From NCBI GenBank assembly GCA_965226885.1, contig CBDDEL010000013.1, positions 1 through 64,000 of the forward strand: a DNA stretch of 64,000 nt, in the 5' to 3' direction. Below, in pieces: positions 42,469-50,968 of this stretch. The stretch's first letter is position 1, and each line of letters opens with the position of its first letter. The stretch is from Opitutales bacterium. Its GTDB lineage: Bacteria; Verrucomicrobiota; Verrucomicrobiia; Opitutales; UBA2987. The notes beneath the pieces are model-generated. The model searched no databases. It was given only the letters and a program-made list of their open reading frames with translations, and was not told the DNA's origin. The position numbers and the translations under genes are program-made.

Positions 42469-43264
42469 GGTAGTGTTAACATGACGAATGTTTGATATTG
42501 CTGTTGTATTCCCAGATGAACAAGCACAGGACGCGAAAATGCATGACCAAAGACTTCGAGAATGACAGCGTTTTACGCACATAGCGTGACAGGGACTGTC
42601 GCAAGGTATTGTTCCAGCGTTCGATATGGGCGGTTTGGCCGGATTGTTTCCCGCTGGCGCTGTTGTGAGGGAAAACCTTGTCGTAGCTTTCCCAGTAATC
42701 GCTTACGGTGGCACAGTCGCGATAGGGCTGGGCGATGTTGTGATACAACTGCCAGCACGTTTGATCGCTACGATCACCCAGAGAAAACCCGACGACCTGT
42801 CGGGTACGTCGACACAAGGCTACCCATAGCCATACCTGCCCCGAACGCTTATCGCCCCAGAATGACCACACCTCGTCCAGTTCCAGCACATCACTACACT
42901 GGCGGGCAAGCAGAGTGGACTCCAGCTTCGGCAAACTCAGGACTTTTTTTTAATCCATTCGATGACCGTCTTTGGGGCTACCCCGAAGGTACGGTAAATG
43001 GCACGCAGGCTCATCCGGTTTTGGTGCGCACGGAGCACCTGCTTGACCAGCGCCGGAGGATGCTCACGACTTTTGGGGTGAAGCCGAAACTGATAACCAC
43101 ACCCCTTGCATCGATACTTCTGAACCCCTTTCGGATCCTTGCCGTGCTTGATGATGTGATCGCTTCCGCATTGAGGACATTTTACTGTGATATGGACCAT
43201 TCCCAGTTCACAACATAATCACGCTAAAAAGTACAGCTTAAACATTCAAAATGTTAACACTACC
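42469..43264 (-). mobile_element. IS1-family element B, copy 2
   Basis: 8-bp TSD CGTTAATT; insAB at 42476-43200. Confidence 0.95.
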
Positions 43265-43289
43265 CGTTAATTCGGCCATATTGCAAAGG

Positions 43290-44091
43290 GGTAGTGTATT
43301 AAGTAGGAATGGTGGCTAATTCTTGATTATATTGATGAATGAAAAGTCTCAGACAGGTTTCATGCATACTCCTAAGCTTGGAAAAGGAGAGGGTTTTGCG
43401 TGTGAAACGACCCAGTCGTTGGCGCAGGGTATTGTTCCATCGTTCCACATGGGCCGTTTCACCGGTTTCTTTTCCCACGGATCGGTTATGAGGAAAGACT
43501 TCATCATAAGTGCTCCAAAAGTCGCTGTAGGTGGCACATCTTTTGTAGGCCCGTGGCAGACGCTCGTAAAGTTCCCGGCAACGATACCAATCCCGAGGCC
43601 CAATGGCATAGGAGAGGATTTGACGGGTGCGTCGGCAAAGAGCGATCCAAACCCATTGGGCATCGCTCTTGCGCCCCACAAAAGACCACAGTTCGTCCAG
43701 TTCAATGACATCATGGCGGCGGGCCGCAAGAATCGTGCTTTTGAGCGGTCGCAGCGATTGTCGTTTTTTTTAACCAACTCAAAACGGTGTTGGGACTCAC
43801 CCCGAAGGCGCGCTGTAAACCGCGTAGACTGCTGCGTTCCTGATAGACTCGAAGGATCATTTCTTTTTGCTCTTCGGTGTATTTCACTGTGGGGTTTTCG
43901 CGGCTTTGTTTACCACAATCATGGCAGCGGTAGCGCTGTTTATGGTTGGGCGTCTTGCCAAATTTAATGATATTTTCACTTCCACAGTGCCGACAATTAA
44001 TAATTTTAGTAACCATGCACTAAGAATAAACTGCCTAACGCTATTTGTACAGCTAAAAATACAAAATAACATTCTTTTTTTATACACTACC
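43290..44091 (-). mobile_element. IS1-family element A, copy 3
   Basis: 8-bp TSD TGCAAAGG; insAB at 43299-44016. Confidence 0.95.
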
Positions 44092-44122
44092 TGCAAAGGG
44101 CGGTAAATACCACAACAATTAA

Positions 44123-45649
44123 CCCGGATATTTCGTAAAAAAAGTATCGTTGATATGCTTAACTGCTGATATACAGCAGGATAGATCAATAATTAAAGCA
44201 ATATCAGCGATGACAAAAGGTAAACAATTAAAGCTACAGTTGACAAGGGTAAAAGGCCGCCGTGTGCGGGTTGATTTCAAGGGCGGAGAGGTTACTTCGG
44301 ATGCCGGACTGCTTTTGATCCGGGAAGTGGATCGGCAGTTGGGCTTGACCGAACGAGCGGCCCGACAGTTAGTGGACAAACGGCAGAAGGGCAAAGTACG
44401 CCATGAGGTATTGGGGATGCTGCGGCAGCGCGTTTACGGGCTGGTGGCGGGCTATGAGGATTTGAACGACTTTGATACCCTGCGCCACGATCCATTGTTG
44501 CAAACGGTAACGGGGCGCATTGAAACGTTGGCCAGCGCGCCGACTTTGTGTCGTTTTGAAAACGGGCAGGATCGGCGGGCGGCCTTTGCGGTAAACGAGC
44601 TGTTGGTCGAACAGTTCATGGGCTCCTTTGCCGAGGAACCCGAAGAGATCATCCTGGACTTTGACGCCACCGACAATCCGGTGCACGGGCTCCAGGAGGG
44701 ACGTTTTTTCCACGGTTATTATGATCATTACTGTTTTCTGCCGCTATATGTTTTTTGCGGTGATCAGCTGCTGGTGGCCTACCTGCGGCCGAGCAAGATC
44801 GATGCCAGCAAGCATGCCGGGGCCATCCTCAAATTGCTGGTTAAACGGATTCGCCAAAGCTGGCCCCGTACGCGGATTATTTGGCGCGCCGACAGTGGAT
44901 TTTGTCGAGACCGGATACTCTCTTGGTGCGACCGCAACGAAGTTAGTTACATCGTGGGGATGGCTCGCAATGCACGCTTGCAGCAAGACGCCCAGCAGTT
45001 GCAAAAGCAGGCCAAAGAATGGTTCGAACTAAGGGGTAAAAAACAACGGTTATTCCAGGACTTCGTCTATGCTGCCGATTCGTGGCGATGGCTGCGGTTG
45101 GTCATCCATAAAGCCGAACACACCGCACAGGGGTCCAACCCGCGCTTCGTGGTGACGAACCTGCCGGGCGATCCCCAGGAGCTTTACGACAAGGTATACT
45201 GTGGCCGCGGTGAAATGGAGAACCGAATCAAGGAACAGATGCAATTGTTCAGCGAGCGCACCAGCGCCCATCAATGGTGGGCCAATCAGTGGCGATTGCT
45301 CTTGTCGGCGCTGGCCTACACCTTGATGGAAGCCATGCGCCGGTTAGCCTTAAAAGGGACGAAGTGGGCGCGGGCCCAATGCCACACCCTGCGGCTCAAA
45401 TTAATCAAGATCGGAGCGGTCATCGTGCGCAACACCCGAACGATTCACTTTCACCTAAGTGAGAGTTATCCTTGGGCCAGTCTTTTCAACCATGCGGCCC
45501 GCCGATTGGTGCCAACCTAAAGGGTGCATTGGTGCTGCCCCCGGCACTACCGAACCAATGGGGGAAAGGGGGCAGTGTCTCTACACCCTGAAAAACACCT
45601 AAAAATCAAGACGATCTGCTCAAAATACAAAGAAATCCATCTCCAATAG
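44123..45649 (+). mobile_element. IS1380-family element lacking its last 40 bp (IS21 inserted)
   Basis: Left IR after target TTAA; sequence stops at CTCCAATAG. Confidence 0.93.
44210..45520 (+). CDS. IS1380 transposase
   Basis: Intact ORF near-identical to 10688-11998. Confidence 0.93.
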   Translation: MTKGKQLKLQLTRVKGRRVRVDFKGGEVTSDAGLLLIREVDRQLGLTERAARQLVDKRQKGKVRHEVLGMLRQRVYGLVAGYEDLNDFDTLRHDPLLQTVTGRIETLASAPTLCRFENGQDRRAAFAVNELLVEQFMGSFAEEPEEIILDFDATDNPVHGLQEGRFFHGYYDHYCFLPLYVFCGDQLLVAYLRPSKIDASKHAGAILKLLVKRIRQSWPRTRIIWRADSGFCRDRILSWCDRNEVSYIVGMARNARLQQDAQQLQKQAKEWFELRGKKQRLFQDFVYAADSWRWLRLVIHKAEHTAQGSNPRFVVTNLPGDPQELYDKVYCGRGEMENRIKEQMQLFSERTSAHQWWANQWRLLLSALAYTLMEAMRRLALKGTKWARAQCHTLRLKLIKIGAVIVRNTRTIHFHLSESYPWASLFNHAARRLVPT

Positions 45650-47992
45650 TGTAAACGCCGGGGAAAAACCGGTACGGTAAAGAGGGCGCTTTAAAACCGG
45701 TACGCTTATCCTAGAAAGGAGGAGTGTATCGAGATATGAAGCAATGGACAAGAGTGCGGCACAAAGTGCTGCGGGACAAGCAGAGCAAGCGCTCTGTAAT
45801 GCGAGAAGAGGGACTGCACTGGGAGACCCTGGGAAAGATGCTGGCCTATTCCCAGCCGCCGGGATACCGGCGCAAGAAGAGGCGAGAGCGCAAGATCGAT
45901 CCGTATGTGGGCTGGATCGAGGAGGTGCTCAAAGCGGACCGGAACGTGCCCAAGAAGCAGCGCCATACGGCCAAACGGATCTACCAGCGTTTGGGTCGGG
46001 AGAAGGGCTACCAAGGGGGCTACACGGCGGTCAAGGAGGTGGTGGCCGAGCTGCGAGCGAGGCGGCGGGAAGTGTTCGTGCCGCTGGAGCACCGCCCCGG
46101 GGAGGGACAGGTGGACTTCGGTCATGCCCTGGTGAAGGAGGCGGGGCAATTGCGTAGGCGGCCATTTTTTGCCATGAGCCTGCCCTACAGCGATGCCTTT
46201 TTCGTGCAGGTGTTCGAACGGGAGTGCACGGAGAGCTTCTGGGAGGGGCACCTGCGAGCTTTTGAGTTTTTCGGGGCGGTGCCCCGGCGCATCAGCTATG
46301 ACAACTCGAAGGTGGCGGTGGGTAAGATTATCGGTTCGCGTGAACGCAAGCTGACCGACGGGTTTCTGCAGCTACAGAGCCATTACCTGTTCGAGGAACA
46401 CTTCTGTCTGCCCGCCCGGCCCAACGAGAAGGGCGTGGTCGAGGGGATCGTGCGTTATGCCCGGGCCAACTTCCTGGTACCGGTACCGCAGGTTCGGGAC
46501 CTGGAGGAACTCAACGCAAAGCTGTTGGAGGCATGTGAGCGGGACATGGAGCGTAAATTACGCGGGAAAAGGGCGGTGAAAAAGGAACTGCTGGCCGAGG
46601 AGCGCGCCGTCATGCTGGCGTTGCCGCCCATACCCTTTGAAGCGGAGCCGCAAACGCTCGACCTGCGTCAGCAGCCTCTCGCTGGTGCGCTTCGAGTGCA
46701 ACGACTATTCGGTGCCGGTGCGCTGCGCCCACCATCCGGTGGTGGTGGAAGGGTCCTGTCGGCAGGTGGTGATCTTCTGTGGGGGCCAAGAGGTGGCCCC
46801 GGCACCGCCGCATTTGGGATAAAGAGCAAGTCTCTTTCGAGCCGGTGCACTACCTGGCTTTGCTGGAGAAAAAACCGGGCGCTTTGGACTTCGCCCGCCC
46901 ACTCTCGGGCTGGCAGTTGCCGCAGTGCCTGCAGGTCCTCAGACGCCGGCTCGAAAGCCAATGCGGGGGCGAAGGCACCCGGGAGTATATCCGGGTGCTG
47001 CGGCTGTTGGAGAAACACCCCATGGCGGCCTTGCAGCAGGCCGTCGTCTCGGCCCTGCGGGTGGGGGGACTGACTCGTGAGGCCATCGCCCAGTATCTCT
47101 ATCCTCAGGAAGACTACGGGAGCAGAACCTTCCGGCTGGACGGCCATCCACACCTGCGTCACGTCCGTGTGGCCGCCCCTGACCTCGGTGCCTACAGCGA
47201 ACTGCTCAAGATTCCAGGAGGGGCTTTATGAAGGAAGAAAAAAACCAGCTGCTGTTACACCATCACCTCAAGAAACTGAAGTTGCCCACCATCCTGCGCG
47301 AATGGCCGGCGGTGGCCGCGGCTTGTTCCCGGGACCGGCTCGATTACGCCGCCTTTTTGTTGCATCTGGTCGAACGGGAGCTCATTGAACGCGAACAGCG
47401 GGCCGCCCAGCGGCGGATCAAAAACGCCCGTTTCCCCGTGCTCAAGACCCTCGAGAGCTTCGCCTTTGAAGCGCAGCCCTCGATCAACGAAGCGCTCATC
47501 CGAGAGCTCATGCGCGGGGAGTATGTCGACCAGCGCGAAAACGTGCTGCTCCTCGGTAACGCCGGTACCGGTAAAACGCACCTGGCCACCGCCCTGGGCT
47601 TTGCCGCCTGTGCCCAGGGCCGGCGGATCCGTTTCTTCGGGGTCACCGCCCTGGTTACCCATATGCTCGAGCAACGCGACAACCACGACCTGCAGCGCTT
47701 CATGAAGCAACTCGAAAGGCTCGACCTACTCATCCTCGACGAACTCGGTTACGTCCCTTTTTCCAAGACCGGTTCCGAACTGCTCTTCGACGTGGTCAGC
47801 CGCGCTTACGAGCGCACCAGTCTCATCGTCACCACCAACCTGCCCTTTGAGAACTGGATCGAAGTGCTCGGTTCCGAACGGCTCACCGGAGCTCTGCTGG
47901 ACCGACTCACCCATCGGGTGCATATCCTCGAAGCCAACGGGCAAAGCTACCGCTTGCTCGACGCCGTCGCCGTGGCCCAAAACAATAAACGC
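45650..47992 (+). mobile_element. IS21-family element, copy 3 (right end missing)
   Basis: Left IR TGTAAACGCC at 45650; ends just after the normal istB stop position at an IS3 IR. Confidence 0.93.
45724..47231 (+). pseudogene. istA: IstA with two +1 insertions (near 46645 and 46800)
   Basis: GAAGCGGAGCC and GTGGCCCCGG versus GAAGCGAGCC and GTGGCCCGG in copy 2; may be sequencing errors. Confidence 0.8.
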
Positions 47993-47995
47993 TGA
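47228..47995 (+). CDS. istB: IstB with altered C-terminus (7-bp deletion)
   Basis: Walker motifs intact; CGCTTGCTCGACG versus CGCTTGCGCGATGCTCGACG; stop supplied by the IS3 IR. Confidence 0.88.
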   Translation: MKEEKNQLLLHHHLKKLKLPTILREWPAVAAACSRDRLDYAAFLLHLVERELIEREQRAAQRRIKNARFPVLKTLESFAFEAQPSINEALIRELMRGEYVDQRENVLLLGNAGTGKTHLATALGFAACAQGRRIRFFGVTALVTHMLEQRDNHDLQRFMKQLERLDLLILDELGYVPFSKTGSELLFDVVSRAYERTSLIVTTNLPFENWIEVLGSERLTGALLDRLTHRVHILEANGQSYRLLDAVAVAQNNKR

Positions 47996-49277
47996 TCGGA
48001 CCCCATCTTTGCTACCACTTTAAGTGAGAGTATTTCCGTAGGTTTGGTATTGTAGGTTTTGCAGCGGGTGGCGCAATGAGGCCGTAGGCCGAATGGAGCC
48101 AGCCGCTGCTTTGTTGATTGTTCGCCAGAGTCTGGCAAATGTATTTGGGGAGAGAAAGCCTAATCGGCTGTGGGGGTGTTTCGCGTTGTATTTGTGTCGC
48201 CATTGTTCGACCACCACACGCGCTTCGGTCACGCTCAGGAACAGTTCCTGGTTAAGGCATTCATCGCGCAAACGATTATGAAAGGATTCTATATGTCCAT
48301 TCTGCCAAGGGCTTCCTGGATCAATGTATGCGATGGCAATTTCCTGTCGCTGCAGTTCTTCTTTGACTTGGTGGGCTATAAACTCCGATCCGTTGTCCGA
48401 GCGGATGCACTGAGGTTTGCCGTTCTCTCTTATGGCATCGTTCAATACCTCTACCACATCGGCACTTTTCAGTGAGCGCGCAACCTTAATGGCCAGGCAT
48501 TGACGGGTATGTTCATCGATCAGTGTCAAGAGCCTGAGCGGACCGCCCCGGTCGGTGCGATCCGCCACGAAGTCCCAACTCCACACATGGTTGGGCTGCA
48601 CTGCTCGGGTCGGGGTAGCCGTGGATTGGCCCTGCCGGCGACGGCGCTTGCCAGACGGGCGCACACCCAGTCCTTCGAAACGACGCACTTTTTGGACGAA
48701 TTTGCGACTCACGGGCCAACCTTCATGGGCCAACAAAGCGCGGATCCGACGATAGCCATAGCGCGGATGCTTCTTCGAAAAGGCAATGATGCGTGCCACC
48801 AGTTTATGCCTATACTCAGTAGCTTTCTTGGGTTCATACAGGTAGGTTGAGCGGTGCAACCCAAAATACTGACAGGCCCGACGCAGCGAGCACGACCCTT
48901 GGGCCAATACATGCTTCACCGCTTCCTTTTTCTGCTTCGGGCCTACCATTTTTTTGCGTTCACCTCCTTGAGCACACGGTTCTCCAGCATCTGCTCGGCT
49001 ACTATCTTCTTAAGCTGCGTGTTTTCGCGCTCCAGCTCCTTCAGCCGCTTGGCGCCACGCAGCTCCATGCGGCCATACTTTTTACGCCAACGATGGTAGC
49101 TTTGAGGACTGATATTGTGGGACCGACAGACATCCTGAATGCCTTTGCCTGCGTCTACTTCGCGCAGTATCGTTATGATTTGTTCAGGGGTGTATCTTTT
49201 TTGCTTCATAGGTCTTTCCGGTAATTTCTCCAGAAAGACTCTCACTGGCAATGGTAGTGTTTTCGGCGGTCACATCA
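47993..49277 (-). mobile_element. IS3-family element B (IS407-group-like), no TSD
   Basis: Ends TGATCGGACC...CTACCA and TGGTAG...GGTCACATCA; flanks differ (ACGC versus ATTC). Confidence 0.9.
48020..49209 (-). CDS. IS3-family transposase OrfAB (-1 frameshift at A7)
   Basis: orfA MKQKRYTPEQII...NAKKW; orfB WSWDFV, SDNGSEF, PWQNGHIESF. Confidence 0.92.
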
Positions 49278-49397
49278 ATTCAATTGCCGGATTAATAAGA
49301 TGAACCCATTCATCGTTTTCGTTTTTGAATATAACTGTGATTTCGCTTGAATCCAAACCTTGTTCGACAGCTTTCAGTATCCATTCAAGAGCCTTAG
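49278..49397 (-). pseudogene. Orphan host gene fragment between IS3-B and the IS1380 array
   Basis: Open frame KALEWILKAVEQGLDSSEITVIFKNENDEWVHLINPAIE cut at both ends by IS termini. Confidence 0.5.
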
Positions 49398-50964
49398 CCC
49401 GGATATTTCGTAAAAAAAGTATCGTTGATATGCTTAACTGCTGATATACAGCAGGATAGATCAATAATTAAAGCAATATCAGCGATGACAAAAGGTAAAC
49501 AATTAAAGCTACAGTTGACAAGGGTAAAAGGCCGCCGTGTGCGGGTTGATTTCAAGGGCGGAGAGGTTACTTCGGATGCCGGACTGCTTTTGATCCGGGA
49601 AGTGGATCGGCAGTTGGGCTTGACCGAACGAGCGGCCCGACAGTTAGTGGACAAACGGCAGAAGGGCAAAGTACGCCATGAGGTATTGGGGATGCTGCGG
49701 CAGCGCGTTTACGGGCTGGTGGCGGGCTATGAGGATTTGAACGACTTTGATACCCTGCGCCACGATCCATTGTTGCAAACGGTAACGGGGCGCATTGAAA
49801 CGTTGGCCAGCGCGCCGACTTTGTGTCGTTTTGAAAACGGGCAGGATCGGCGGGCGGCCTTTGCGGTAAACGAGCTGTTGGTCGAACAGTTCATGGGCTC
49901 CTTTGCCGAGGAACCCGAAGAGATCATCCTGGACTTTGACGCCACCGACAATCCGGTGCACGGGCTCCAGGAGGGACGTTTTTTCCACGGTTATTATGAT
50001 CATTACTGTTTTCTGCCGCTATATGTTTTTTGCGGTGATCAGCTGCTGGTGGCCTACCTGCGGCCGAGCAAGATCGATGCCAGCAAGCATGCCGGGGCCA
50101 TCCTCAAATTGCTGGTTAAACGGATTCGCCAAAGCTGGCCCCGTACGCGGATTATTTGGCGCGCCGACAGTGGATTTTGTCGAGACCGGATACTCTCTTG
50201 GTGCGACCGCAACGAAGTTAGTTACATCGTGGGGATGGCTCGCAATGCACGCTTGCAGCAAGACGCCCAGCAGTTGCAAAAGCAGGCCAAAGAATGGTTC
50301 GAACTAAGGGGTAAAAAACAACGGTTATTCCAGGACTTCGTCTATGCTGCCGATTCGTGGCGATGGCTGCGGTTGGTCATCCATAAAGCCGAACACACCG
50401 CACAGGGGTCCAACCCGCGCTTCGTGGTGACGAACCTGCCGGGTGATCCCCAGGAGCTTTACGACAAGGTATACTGTGGCCGCGGTGAAATGGAGAACCG
50501 AATCAAGGAACAGATGCAATTGTTCAGCGAGCGCACCAGCGCCCATCAATGGTGGGCCAATCAGTGGCGATTGCTCTTGTCGGCGCTGGCCTACACCTTG
50601 ATGGAAGCCATGCGCCGGTTAGCCTTAAAAGGGACGAAGTGGGCGCGGGCCCAATGCCACACCCTGCGGCTCAAATTAATCAAGATCGGAGCGGTCATCG
50701 TGCGCAACACCCGAACGATTCACTTTCACCTAAGTGAGAGTTATCCTTGGGCCAGTCTTTTCAACCATGCGGCCCGCCGATTGGTGCCAACCTAAAGGGT
50801 GCATTGGTGCTGCCCCCGGCACTACCGAACCAATGGGGGAAAGGGGGCAGTGTCTCTACACCCTGAAAAACACCTAAAAATCAAGACGATCTGCTCAAAA
50901 TACAAAGAAATCCATCTCCAATAGCAATAACGAGCCAAACTTTACCCTTCATGAAATATCCGGG
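49398..50964 (+). mobile_element. IS1380 array unit A (1567 bp)
   Basis: Both IRs present; flanked by TTAG on each side. Confidence 0.95.
49485..50795 (+). CDS. IS1380 transposase
   Basis: Intact ORF. Confidence 0.93.
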   Translation: MTKGKQLKLQLTRVKGRRVRVDFKGGEVTSDAGLLLIREVDRQLGLTERAARQLVDKRQKGKVRHEVLGMLRQRVYGLVAGYEDLNDFDTLRHDPLLQTVTGRIETLASAPTLCRFENGQDRRAAFAVNELLVEQFMGSFAEEPEEIILDFDATDNPVHGLQEGRFFHGYYDHYCFLPLYVFCGDQLLVAYLRPSKIDASKHAGAILKLLVKRIRQSWPRTRIIWRADSGFCRDRILSWCDRNEVSYIVGMARNARLQQDAQQLQKQAKEWFELRGKKQRLFQDFVYAADSWRWLRLVIHKAEHTAQGSNPRFVVTNLPGDPQELYDKVYCGRGEMENRIKEQMQLFSERTSAHQWWANQWRLLLSALAYTLMEAMRRLALKGTKWARAQCHTLRLKLIKIGAVIVRNTRTIHFHLSESYPWASLFNHAARRLVPT

Positions 50965-50968
50965 TTAG

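Larger units (their letters stand above)
39192..44122 (+). pseudogene. Large verrucomicrobial PilX-like protein, interrupted by three IS1 copies and truncated by IS1380
   Basis: GFALILAL prepilin-like start, ALGELQELAGPDRRVTA, YWTGVW, WVSDEGVKA, GAFNVNSTSV; 39192-40300 + 41111-42468 + 43273-43289 + 44100-44122 is one open frame of 835 codons with no stop. Confidence 0.88.

Noticed and set aside
40878..42473. 531-aa ORF (also 59342-60274 and 5927-6181) as a novel gene
   Set aside because: Chimeras of an IS terminal frame reading into the remainder of an interrupted host gene.
46640..46805. Single-base frameshifts in istA copy 3 and IS1380 copies (2500, 51728) as programmed recoding
   Set aside because: Each is private to one copy; simple mutation or sequencing error is more likely.
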